Shown in pieces: positions 49,352 through 60,714 of a stretch of 64,000 bases of DNA. The DNA is from Lama guanicoe (taxonomy: Eukaryota). The notes under the pieces were generated by a model. That model was not told where the DNA came from, made no database searches, and saw nothing but the letters and a program-made list of their open reading frames with translations. Where the stretch lies: assembly GCA_013239625.1 (NCBI GenBank), contig MU053652.1:5261902-5325901 (forward strand). Reading direction: 5' to 3'. How positions within the stretch are numbered: position 1 is the first letter of the stretch; each line of letters begins with the position of its first letter. Both the position numbers and the translations under genes were made by a program.

Positions 49352-50521
49352 GCGGCCGGCACCACAGGTGATGACTCCGTCCGGCCCAGCCTTCCCCCCA
49401 GTGGTGAGGTTCCACAGGCCATAGGGCCTGGAATCAGGCCTTTAGAACCCACCAGAAGATGTTCCCAGAGGGAACTTCCCAGGCAGAGGCCGGCCTGGGG
49501 CCCAGTGCCTCTGTGACCCGGGAGCATTGTGACTGTGAGGTCTGCCTCTTATCCCACCACAGAGGGGAAAGGACTGGCTCAGCAACACCAATCCACGGGC
49601 CAGAGGAAGTGGGCCCGGGGCCTCTGGCTTTATCCTCCCACCTCACTCCAGGCACCGAGGGCACCGAGTTAAGACTGGGAAGCAGAACTTCAGCTTGTGC
49701 CAGTGACCACCTGTGACTTCAGGCAAGTCCCTCCCCTTCTCCACTTCTGTTTCTCATTTCAATCACAGGATAGAAACCAGCCTCTTTCTTCTTTAGAAGT
49801 GGGTTCTGCCTGGATCCCACGGGGCTCAAGTGTTTTTAGAATTCAAGATATCCAAGAAAAATCTATTAACTTTTATGGCCCTTGGGAGAATGAGACCAAA
49901 ATGTTTCAGAGGGTCCTTTTCAGGGAGTGTGCAGAAACCCTAGGTAACCAGCAAGAATCCAATTACTCGTGTCAGTCAGGAAGGGCTGACTCAGGAGCAG
50001 AGTAAGGAGAATGGCCCAGGTTGGGGGAGCACAGAACACCCTCCTCACAGTCCCCAGGTGCACTGCTGCTGGGCAGACAGCCAGGGCTGCCCCTAAGGGT
50101 ACCCGCCCTTCCCTGACAAAGGAGTCTCTGCTGGTCAACCGCCTCCAGGATTCACTACCTACAAAGCCCATGGAGAAAACCACCCCAGAACTTGGAGAAA
50201 CCGACATGAAATAAGAAGGGACAAAGGGAAAAAGAAATTATCATGGTGATAGTGGGTCTTGTTTAAGCTTTGCTAGGATGCAAAGAGAAATGGGCAGAAT
50301 GAGCCATACTTGAATAGCCCACAGCCCTGGTCCAGTACACGCATCTTCCTCTTCCCCGTAGGTGAGGTCTTCACAGGTAGAAAGTCTCAGGGGTGCACAA
50401 TGAGGGGCTGTAATCCTCCAGGCCCTACCAATGTTTTATAAAATAAGGCTAATAGGCTACGAGTGAGAAACACCAAAATGCATATTCTTGGGCCTCAGAC
50501 CAGTTCTGATGAATCACATTT

Positions 50522-50678
50522 AAAAAAATTTTCTTTTTCCCTTTTAAAACATTTTTTCATGAGGTAATTTTAGGTTTATTTATTTATTTATTTATTTTTA
50601 AACAGAGATACTGGGGATTTAACCCAGGACCTTGTACATGCTACGCATGCATTTTACCACTAAGCTATACCCTCCCCC
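50522..50678 (-). mobile_element. tRNA-Ala-derived SINE (vic-1-like) inside a MER5-like relic (~50470-50780)
   Basis: 11-bp TSD gaatcacattt at 50511-50521 and 50679-50689. Confidence 0.9.
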
Positions 50679-50968
50679 GAATCACATTTTCTGAAGTGCA
50701 CCTCAGGACTCTTATTTTTAATAAGTATTCCTTGCCCCTCAAATTTTAATGTGCACAGTCATCATTAAGAACCACTGCTCTAAGTAGCTGGGAGATGGAT
50801 GGGAAACGGGATTGTGTGGCCTATGGAACCACGAAGGCAGAGCCTGCTACCCTCAGAAAAGGCTCCTTGGAATTGGGGAAGGAATGGGATTTCTTCCACT
50901 GGAGCCCCTAAAGTACTTCCAGCCTCGAGAATGAGGACGGAGGAGCTGGGCTAGATGAGGGCAGTGAT

Positions 50969-51007
50969 TGTGTGTGTGTGTGCGCGCGCGCGCACGCATG
51001 CACGCAC
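50969..51007. repeat. Alternating purine-pyrimidine tract (TG)n(CG)n(CA/CG)
   Basis: 39 nt of perfect RY alternation. Confidence 0.9.
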
Positions 51008-51137
51008 CCACTCAGTGGAGGGGGTGGGACCTGAACCCTTAGCTGCTTTGAGCCTCCCCTATATTGTCTCTTTACAGCCAACAACCCAGCCCCCCACCTC
51101 TAGGCTATGGACAACACCACGTACAAACCACAGCAAA

Positions 51138-51143
51138 TTTATT
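51138..51143 (-). terminator. ARF5: ARF5 polyadenylation signal
   Basis: AATAAA on minus (tttatt), ~380 nt after the stop. Confidence 0.8.
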
Positions 51144-51523
51144 ACTCAATATCCAGTGCCACATCATAGCACCACCCGGAGCCCTCACCTTCCCTCCCCA
51201 CCTGGCCCCAAGGGTACACCCAAAATGGAAAAAACAAAAGTAAACCCAGATCTCTGCTCCTCCTTTGGAAGAAGGGGCCTTGGACCTGGAAGCCCCTTTG
51301 CACAGGTCCCAGCAGGCAGGAGAGTGGACCCCTCCGTGCCCAGAGAGCTGGGCTCCAGGCTCCAACAACAGAGAGAACATGCAGGCAGGAGCCGGAGCAG
51401 AGGCCTGTGTCTGCCGGGGAGGAGGAGCTGGGAGGGAGGGGCACGGCCTGAGGAGTCCGGGAGTCTGGTCCTCCCGGGATGCACGCGGGAGCTTCTGGGC
51501 AGCAGGGGCCGGCCCCTGGTCGG

Positions 51524-51610
51524 TTAGCGCTTCGACAGCTCGTGGGACAGCCAGTCCAGCCCATCATACAAGCCTGTGCCTTGGGTGGCACAGGTGGCCT
51601 GGACATACCA
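51524..51610 (-). CDS. ARF5: ADP-ribosylation factor 5, exon 6
   Basis: ccacag|[28 protein letters not shown]. Confidence 0.97.
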   Translation of the reverse strand, partial: WYVQATCATQGTGLYDGLDWLSHELSKR

Positions 51611-51713
51611 CTGTGGGGAGAAGGAAAGAAAGAGGTCAGGAGCAGGGAAGAAGAGGAGATGACTTTATTTTCTGCCCCGGCCTGGGGCTCCCTCGGGAGA
51701 GGCAGGCCCTCAC

Positions 51714-51839
51714 CGTGCGACTGCGCAAGTGCTGTAGCCCGAGCTTGTCGGTCAGCTCGCTCACGGGCATGGCGTTGGGCATGTCCTGCTTGTTGGCAAA
51801 CACCAGCAGCACCGCATCCCGCAGCTCATCCTCCTGCAG
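51714..51839 (-). CDS. ARF5: ADP-ribosylation factor 5, exon 5
   Basis: cttag|[42 protein letters not shown]|gtgagg. Confidence 0.97.
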
Positions 51840-52341
51840 CTAAGAGAGGCGAAGGGGGTGGAATCTGAGGTTCCAGGGGGGCCCCCCGGCTCCCTCTTCC
51901 CGGCTGTGTAGGGGAGCCCCCTATTTGTGGGAACAATAGAATACTGTGTCGTCTACGGCCGAACACAAGACAGAGAATTATAAATCAGCTTGAGGCTGTT
52001 TTGGCCTTAAGTCCAGAAAGGGCCTTTTTCTAACTTGAGTATTGGCCCTTGTCAAAATGACAAAAGTTTCCAAATGGAAAAGCAATAAAGTAAGAGGGTG
52101 TTTCTTTCCACCACGTATAATTCCCCTCTCCTCACCAACTTCTCAGACCCAGGTGTGAAGATGTGAGAGAATTCAAGGAAAAAGTAAGTCCTACACCTTC
52201 TACCTGACCTCAATTCAAAACAGGGTGAGCTACTTCCTATGACTGTGTCCACAAAGAGGGACACACATTCAAGGCCTGTGGAATTTCCTGACTCTCACAC
52301 CAGCATGGAGGCCCCTCTGACCCCGGGCGCTGGGTGCTCAC

Positions 52342-52413
52342 CATCTTCTGGAGTTCGTCAGCAGATTCCTGGACCCGCTCTCGGTCATTACTGTCCACCA
52401 CAAAGATGAGGCC
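52342..52413 (-). CDS. ARF5: ADP-ribosylation factor 5, exon 4
   Basis: cccag|GLIFVVDSNDRERVQESADELQKM|gtgagc. Confidence 0.97.
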
Positions 52414-52835
52414 CTGGGTGAGACGGAAGAAAGGAGGAGTGATCACTGGTGTCTGGGACGTACACATTCTCATCTGCCTCTTTCTCTCTCCTGCTCATCT
52501 TTCATTGTGTCTAAACCCTTCTCATCTAGTAAACTTCCATTACAGCTCTGCAGATGTCCTAGCACAAACTGAAGACACCCTGCAAAGGATACAGCCTCTG
52601 CCCTCAGGCGAGCAGTCTAGCTACAAGATGTGCAAGGCAACAGGGAAAGACATGTGATGAGAGCTAAATCAGGCAGCGAGGATTCAGAATTCTGCTTCTC
52701 AGGAGAAGTCTAAGGTGGCCAAGTCTCAGAAGACAGGCCAGTGTGAAGGATGAGGAGAGGCTAGCAAAAAAGCAGGGAGAAGGAGGTAAGGGTTTTTTCC
52801 CGGCCTAGGCCATCAGCTCAGTCTTCCTAACCCTA

Positions 52836-53084
<249 letters not shown>

Positions 53085-53196
53085 TCAAAGGAAGAGAATC
53101 CCAGAGGGCCCCAGTCCACGGACGGGGCGGGGCTAGGTCATAATTAACCCTCCTCGGCACCACCCTGCACATAAAGATACCCTGACCCACTTCTCA

Positions 53197-53487
<291 letters not shown>

Positions 53488-53922
53488 TTATGGTGACGGG
53501 GGCGGAGAGCCTCCAGGTGCGCGCTGTTATCTACCTTCGGGGCCTCGGGGGCAGGCTGGGTGGTGAGCGCCAACTCTTGTCCCCCAAGCGGGCGAGAGGT
53601 GGCAAAGGACTGAGGGATAAGAGGCTCAAGAGGAGGGCCGCGCTCCTTTTAAAAGTCGTCTCCAAGGGCGGAATCCTCCCTTCTTGCCAGCCCAGCTCGG
53701 GCTGAGGGAGCTTCACCCTACCCAGGCCCGCAGCTTCTGGTCTCAGGCCCCGGGGGCGGTGCTGCAGACTGCGACCTACCCGAGAGTAGCGGACCCAGGG
53801 GGTTAGGAGCTGGGTGACTCGGGGTCAGAGACCCGGGTGAGCTGGGCTGGAGGGATGCGGGGGCGGGAGGGCTGGGCGGGGGCCGACGCTCCTGTCCCGG
53901 CCGCGCGCACGATCTGCCTCAC

Positions 53923-53989
53923 CCATGAGGATCCGCATCTGCTTCTTCCCGAAGATCCGCGAAAAGAGCGCGGACACGGTGAGGCCCAT
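53923..53989 (-). CDS. ARF5: ADP-ribosylation factor 5, exon 1
   Basis: accATGG Kozak; MGLTVSALFSRIFGKKQMRILM|gtgagg. Confidence 0.97.
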
Positions 53990-55974
53990 GGTGGGGCCGG
54001 GGGGAGGGGGCGCGGGCACCGACACGGGGTGCGGGCTGGAACCGGCCGGCGGCTGGGGGATGGGGCGCAGCAGCAAAAGGAGGAGGTGCCGCCGCCGCCG
54101 CCGCGCGTCCTGGCCCGCCCTACGTCACCCACCCCGCCCCGCCGGGCCCCTCCTCTGGGAGACACCCATGCCGAGTGAATCTCCGCAGCTTCTCCGGGTC
54201 GCGCGCCGACTTTAAAGATGGAAAGGGTCTGGGTCTCCTACTGTTTCTAGCGCGTCTGTCAGGTCTGTGGCTGCTGAATCGGCAACCCGGCCGAAGAAAG
54301 CCTACAACGCTCCATAACGGCCCTCCACCCCTATCTTCAGTGGCTGGCCCTGGGTTTTGATTTGTTCCTTCCAGTCCGCTCTGCTCTCCGGTTTACCTCT
54401 TGGTAACTAGCAGCCTTGACTGTGTGCACCACCCACCCGGGGAGGGAGCGGAAGTTCTGTGCTGGTGTCTTAGCCCTCTTTTGTCCTCTCGGCTCCCAGC
54501 GAGGGACTTTGAAAGTAGCAAGTGGTTCAGTGACCACAGAATCTCCAGAGGAGTGCTCCAGAGGTGGAAGAAGATGCCCGAGTGATAGCTGGCCTTCGTG
54601 GTTCCTTAAAACGCCTGTTCCATAGAGCCCCAATCAGCAGAACCTGTGGAAGAGCCCCAGTTCCGGGTGGTGGGATCGTAGACCCTACTCCTGCATAGTG
54701 GAGAACTTCACAGTTCGCCTCAATGGCCCTTGGAAACAATGCCTTTCAGTCGGACCAGGCAGCCTTTCTGAAGCTCCTTTCTCACTGCCGCAGACCTAGG
54801 AACCTAGATTTTTAATGCACAATTATCTAGGATTTTGTGAGGCTCTTACCAAAGAACTTAACAAGTTATTTCCCCACTCATCTTAGCATCTGGGGGGAAA
54901 TAGCAACGTAGGAATTAATTTAAATTTCTTCTGTGTCAGAGACTGGGTCAATGCCAGGCACCTAACATATGCTTAAGAAATGTTGGCTGGGTTGATTGGC
55001 CTAATTGGTTGCTCAGTGGAGCAGGGGCAGGCCTTTTGCCTCTTCAGGATTCCCAGTGGGCTTCTAGGATCAATTGCTTATGGACTGGACATGGTAAGGT
55101 GATCTGGGAATCAGAGACCCTTCCTTATTCCTTCATATACTCATTTAACAATTATTTATTGAGTGTCTACTATGTGCCATTTTTGCAGGCCTCAGTTCAA
55201 ATCTCAGTTCTGCCTTTTTTTTTTTTTTGTTGAGGGCTTGACTTCAACAATACTCACAACCTGTCATTTTCTCATCTAGAAAAGGAGACTAGTATCTGTC
55301 CTGTCTCATGAGGTTATGGTGAAGATTAAAATGATGAGGTAATGCATCTTGAATGTTTTCTATGATGCAGCTGGATGTTATCTGGGCTACTAAGAAACTG
55401 GGTCTGCTCCATCCTGACCCTCAAAGTCTGTAAAGAGTCTGCGCACCGGGTATGAGTGAGTACATGACTTTTTTACTTTTCAGTCCTAGACTTGCATTCC
55501 TAAGAAGGCTTTTACAAGGTTGAAGGGCACATTTAAAAGAGTCCTGATATAATAACACAACTGGTGGTGCCCAAGTCAGGTCAATTCTACATCTTTAGCT
55601 CTTTTAGTTAGCCTCTTCCCATCCCTGTTAGTGCTCTGTTTCACTACTCTCTCATTCCCATGACTGAAAATGGCCTTCTGCACTTTGGTGTCTCTACAAT
55701 GTCATATGAGACTTGATGCCACTCTTGTGATGAAAATCCTTTAGTGTCTTATCATCCAAGATCAATTTCAAATACCTTAATTTGGGTCCTCATTTATTGT
55801 GCCAGCCTCATCTGCTGTCACCTCCTCCATATACTCTAAGCTACTCCTTGAAATGATTCTCAGTGTTTGCCCAGGTGAGACAGGCTCTCTGATCCCCCTG
55901 GAGTCCTTGCAAGTTTTCCTCTCTGCCTGCAGTGCTTGTTTCCCTCATCTCTAGTTAGATGGGAAATCACTACT

Positions 55975-56125
55975 CATCCTTAGGCATGTTACTTAACCTC
56001 TCTGTGCCTCATGTTACTCTATCTGTAAAATAGTGCTAATAATACCCATTCAGCAGGATTATTGTGAAGACTAAATAGCAAAACCCCTGAGAAGCTCCTG
56101 AAATGTAGTTGGTACTTAGGATGGA
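55975..56125 (+). mobile_element. MIR SINE
   Basis: gttacttaacctctctgtgcctca...atctgtaaaatag...gattattgtgaagactaaat. Confidence 0.7.
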
Positions 56126-56489
56126 CCTCATGGCTATAGGGTGCCCTCTCTATATATTTGTTGAATCAACTCAGCAGAACTCAGAAAGGGTGCTAATAAG
56201 TACTATACTATACACCTACTAGGTGCCAAATACTGTCCTAGAAAGGGCTGCCATTTTCGTGATCTAAATGGGAGTCTTAATTGTTGCTCTTCAGGGACAA
56301 ATGTACTGAGCCCACAAACGTTGGGGGCCTGTCCCTTACTCCGGTGTTCAGTAAAGACTCAGTGCGATGTCGCCCCGGTCCCTCCTTGATCATAGCCCTA
56401 GGGCAAGCTCAGGCTCCCTCTCGAAACCAGCATCACTCCTGTGTACGCTACTTTGCTTTCTCTGCTCTGATGGGGAGCAAACAGCTCTC

Positions 56490-57075
56490 ACCCGGGCTGA
56501 CTTCTCAGCAGGCCGCCTCCAATCCACCAGCTGAAGTAGCCCCGCCCACCTCGCTCCCCTGGGGGCGGGACCTGAGGCGTCTTGCTGTCGTCACTTCCAG
56601 CGGACCCGGAAGCGCCGTTGTCGCGCCGCTAGAGTTAGGAAGTCGGATGGGGCTACGCTTAGCTTAAACGTTCGGCAGATCGTGCGCCAAGAGCCGTTGC
56701 GTGCTGCTGTGGCCCGGGCGAGCAGGGCTCGTGGAGCGGCTTCTGGGATAGTGCAGGCGAGCCCTGGCAGTGTGCCCCTCTGGTGCCACCGTCGCCCCGC
56801 CTCTAGGATAGGACCCGACCCCGCCCTCCAGCCAGGGGTCCTGGCAGGCGCTTCTGCCAGGCTGCCCCACCGCCCAGCATCCGGTATAGTACAGCTGTGA
56901 GGAGTGGATGTGCTGCTGCGGGGACAACTCTGTCCCCGTCGGTTACAACTCTGTCCCCGTCGGTTACAGCCCCCGCCAGCGGCTTCGTGACCCTCTCCCA
57001 GGCTGTCCGAACGCTGACGTGGAGCAACCCATCCTGAACCCTCATGGAGAAGTTTGGGATGAATTTCGGGGGCGG
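56490..57075 (+). promoter_or_regulatory. GCC1: CpG island/promoter and 5'UTR of GCC1, head-to-head with ARF5
   Basis: GC boxes at 56539-56571, inverted ETS pair ACTTCC/CCGGAAG at 56593-56611, dense CpG. Confidence 0.8.
56924..56965 (+). repeat. Perfect 21-bp tandem duplication in the GCC1 5'UTR
   Basis: acaactctgtccccgtcggtt x2. Confidence 0.95.
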
Positions 57076-58075
57076 CCCAAGCAAGAAGGACCTGCTGGAG
57101 ACCATTGAAACTCAGAAGAAGCAGCTCCTCCAGTACCAGGCACGTCTCAAGGATGTAGTCCGCGCCTATAAAAGCCTACTGAAAGAGAAAGAGGCACTGG
57201 AGGCCAGCATCAAGGTGCTGTCCGTATCCCACGAGGCAGATGTGGGCCTCGCAAGTGTCCAGCCTCAAGGCCTCACCTTTCCTGACTCCGTGGATGACCG
57301 ATGCTCCACTCACAGCGAGGATAGCACTGGGACTGCCACCAGCTTGGATACTGCGGCCAGTCTCACCAGCACCAAGGGTGAGTTTGGGGTAGAAGATGAC
57401 AGACTGGCCCGCGGCCCGCCACCTCCAAAGTTCGAAGAGGCTAGCGGGTCGGAGAGTGGTGTTAGCAGTAGTAGTGGGGATGGACCGTCTGGGGGTGGGG
57501 AGGTGGACAAACGACTGCACCAGCTGAAGACTCAGTTAGCGACTTTGACCAGCTCTTTGGCTACAGTCACCCAGGAGAAGTCCCGTATGGAAGCTTCTTA
57601 TCTGGCGGACAAAAAGAAGATGAAACAGGACTTAGAGGATGCCAGTAAAAAGGCAGAGGAGGAGAGGGGTCGTCTGGAGGGAGAGTTGAAGGGGCTTCAG
57701 GAGCAAATAGCAGAAACCAAAGCCCGACTTATCACGCAACAGCACGATCGGGCCCAAGAGCAGAGTGACCATGCCTTGATGCTGCGTGAGCTCCAGAAAC
57801 TGCTGCAGGAGGAGAGGACTCAGCGTCAGGACTTGGAGCTCCGGTTGGAAGAGACCCGGGAAGCCCTGGCTGGGCGGGCCTATGCGGCCGGTCAGATGGA
57901 GGGGTTTGAACTGCAGACCAAGCAGCTGACCCATGAGGTGGAGGAGCTGAAAGGCCAGCTGCAGGCTCTTCGAGAGGAGAAGAATCGGCCTGACCCCCGG
58001 CTGCAGGAGCTCCAGGAAGAGGCTGCCTGCCTTAAGAGCCATTTCCAGGCTCAGTTGCAACAGGAAATGAGGAAG
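57044..58075 (+). CDS. GCC1: GRIP and coiled-coil domain-containing protein 1 (GCC88), exon 1 (344 codons)
   Basis: MEKFGMNFGGGPSKKDLLETIETQKKQLLQYQARLKD...QQEMRK|gtaatt. Confidence 0.97.
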
Positions 58076-58543
58076 GTAATTATCTTCATCATCTTCAAAC
58101 ATTAGTCATTTAGCCTGAAGTGGGGGAATATTAGGTTTTTTTTTTTTTTCCCTTTTCTCGTCTGGTAGTTAGAACTAAATGGCAGTACTGTCGATTTTTC
58201 ACGCTATTTGGAAAGTTTCACTTGTGAGTCCTGGGATATCCTTTTCTGTGTGGTGTTGACAGTGTCAGAGGAGTGTGCTTCTGACGGTGTGGAGTTTCTG
58301 AGTGTAGGCTGGGTTGGAGCCAGACAGCTCTGAACATCTGGGCATTGGCATCTTACCAGCTGTGCTCTGTGAAGCAGTAGAGGGGCAGCGGTGCAGTGAA
58401 AAGTAGAGTGTATGCTTACAGGGATATATGCCTGTATAGGCAGCGGTATATGCCTATAGGTGAGTGACTGAAGGGGGCAAAGAGAATTTTCTCAGACAAA
58501 ATAACTTCGTGTAATTGCTTGCAGTCAGCATTTGCCTTGTCTG

Positions 58544-58979
58544 TGTCAACTGGAAAAAAAAAAAGCACAACCTAGAAGTTGAGAATTAATTTTGTTGTAT
58601 TTGGTGGACAAATGTGAGGACTTAGGCCTGGAGGATAGCCTCTCAGATAGCTCTCGGGGACTGCTCTGAAGAGGTAGGAGGAGCCAGGCTGTATAGGAGT
58701 TTTGCAACAAAAACCAGGTAGTCGGAACATCAGAAGATTACTGTTAATTAAAACCAGACATCTCAAGTTAATGAATTTAGCTCTTTTCTATGTATGGGAA
58801 GATGCAGAGTCTGGGCTCATTGAAATCATTCCTTTGATATGTACCTTGACTGTCTAGCACCAGGGTCCTGCTTTTCTCCATCCTGAATCCTCAGGGTGCA
58901 CAGTTGAGGGGCGGCTGCAGGGGCTGCTGGCTTGATGGCTGCAACTTCCTTTGTTTACTGATATGGAAGGCAATCCACA
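58544..58979 (-). mobile_element. ERV1 solo LTR, MER41-like
   Basis: TG...CA ends with 4-bp TSD TCTG (58540-58543, 58980-58983); resembles the recalled artiodactyl MER41 consensus (gcacaaccta...agcctctcagatagctct...tttctatgtatgggaagatgc). Confidence 0.8.
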
Positions 58980-59418
58980 TCTGGAATGATATGCTATTTT
59001 ATAGTGCCTCCTTTCAGTGTGGGGAGAGATCCAACTCAATTTTGAACTTCTAGGAATATTGAAAGAGGAAAAGGATGTCATATGATTTCTTCATGGGATT
59101 TGGGGAAGCACATGGTTAACAAAGAACACACTTTGTTTATGAGCTTGGTGTATGAGAGGAGAAAGTGGAAACACAGAACAGCGGCAGATCTACAAAGATT
59201 CATAATATTGTTTGGTAGATGTAAGTCTGGGAGCAGAACCTAAACAGGTTATAGGAACTTCGGTTAGCTCCCAAATCAACAGGAGAACTCCCAGTTCCCA
59301 TTTTTACCAGGCTACCTCCACCCCGTGACCCTTTTGCTCCCCTTTCTTGCTTTCTCAGTTTGCCATCCGGCCTCATGTCTTGTCTGGCTGCATGTCCACC
59401 TGTTCCCTTGTTTTCCAG

Positions 59419-60714
59419 ACGGCCCTTGCCGAGGATCAGCTACGCCAGCAATCACAGGTGGAAGAGCAGAGGGTGGCAGCCCTGGAGAATCAAATATCCG
59501 AGGTGTCGGAGCTGCTAGGCACATATGAGAAAGCCAAGCAGAAGGACCAGCTGGCCATCCAGAAGCTGAAGGAGCGCATCCTGCAGCTGGACCTGGAGAA
59601 CAAGACGCTGGCGCTAGCGGCCTCCAGCCGATCCCCTCTGGACAGCCATGGAGAGGATTCCAGCCTGGATGTCAATGTCCTGAAGGACAAGATGGAGAAG
59701 TTGAAGAGGCTGCTGCAGGTTGCAGCCCGGAAGAGCCAGGTGACCTTGGACGTGGAGAAGCTCTGTGACCTAGAGATGATGCCCAGCTCAGAGGCTGCCG
59801 ACGGGGAAAAGGCCACCGCGCTCTACTACCAGCAGGAGCTGAAACAGCTGAAGGAGGAGTTTGAGAGGTACAAGATGCGGGCCCAGGTGGTCCTCAAGAG
59901 CAAGAACGCCAGAGATGGCAACCTGGGCAAGGAGCTGGAGGAAGCCCAGGAGCAGCTTGCAGAGCTGAAGGAGAAGTACATCTCCCTGCGGCTGTCCTGC
60001 GAGGAGCTCGAGCGCCAGCACCAGCAGGAGGCCGAGGACTGGAAGCAGGAGCTGGCCCGGCTGCAGCACGCCCACCGGCAGGAGCTGGAGCGGAGCCAGC
60101 TGGACTTCAGGGACCGCACGCTGAAGCTGGAGGAGGAGCTGCACAAGCAGCGGGACCGCGCCCTGGCCGTGCTGGCTGAGAAGGACCTGGAGCTGGAGCA
60201 GCTGCGTTCCGTGGCCTTGTCCGCCGGGCTGCCGGGACGCCGAAGCCCTGTGGGCGGCGTGGGTCCTGGGGACCCCGGTGACACGTCTTCCCCAGATAGC
60301 CTGACCCAAGCCCTGCAGCTGGCAGCGGCCAATGAGCCCACTTTCTTCCTGTACGCCGAGCAGTTGGCCCGCAAGGAGGTGGAGATCACGTCGCTGAGGA
60401 AGCAGAAACACAGGCTGGAGGTGGAGGTGCATCGGCTGCAGGATCGGCTGCTGGAGCAGGGGGAGCGGCATCGGGAGGAGGTCGCTGCCCTGCAGAGCCA
60501 CATCGAAAAGAACATGAGGGACCAGAGTCGGGAGGGAGCCAACCTGGAGTACCTCAAGAACATCATCTACCGCTTCCTGACCTTGCCAGACACACTGGGC
60601 CGCCAGCAGACGCTCACAGCCATCCTGACTATCTTGCACTTCAGTCCAGAGGAGAAACAAGTAATCATGCGGCTCCCAACCAGTGGTAGTTGGTGGTCTT
60701 CTGGCAAAAGATGA
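59419..60714 (+). CDS. GCC1: GCC1 exon 2 (coiled coil and C-terminal GRIP domain); total protein 775 aa
   Basis: ttccag|TALAEDQLRQQ...EGANLEYLKNIIYRFLTLPDTLGRQQTLTAILTILHFSPEEK...SGKR*. Confidence 0.97.
   Translation, partial: TALAEDQLRQQSQVEEQRVAALENQISEVSELLGTYEKAKQKDQLAIQKLKERILQLDLENKTLALAASSRSPLDSHGEDSSLDVNVLKDKMEKLKRLLQVAARKSQVTLDVEKLCDLEMMPSSEAADGEKATALYYQQELKQLKEEFERYKMRAQVVLKSKNARDGNLGKELEEAQEQLAELKEKYISLRLSCEELERQHQQEAEDWKQELARLQHAHRQELERSQLDFRDRTLKLEEELHKQRDRALAVLAEKDLELEQLRSVALSAGLPGRRSPVGGVGPGDPGDTSSPDSLTQALQLAAANEPTFFLYAEQLARKEVEITSLRKQKHRLEVEVHRLQDRLLEQGERHREEVAALQSHIEKNMRDQSREGANLEYLKNIIYRFLTLPDTLGRQQTLTAILTILHFSPEEKQVIMRLPTSGSWWSSGKR

Noticed and set aside
50955..51868. 129-192 aa plus-strand ORFs
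   Set aside because: Antisense to GC-rich ARF5 exons and 3'UTR
58076..58105. GCC1 ORF extension VIIFIIFKH* as a standalone 353-aa protein
   Set aside because: Read-through past the donor AG|GTAATT; splicing gives the full 775-aa GRIP protein
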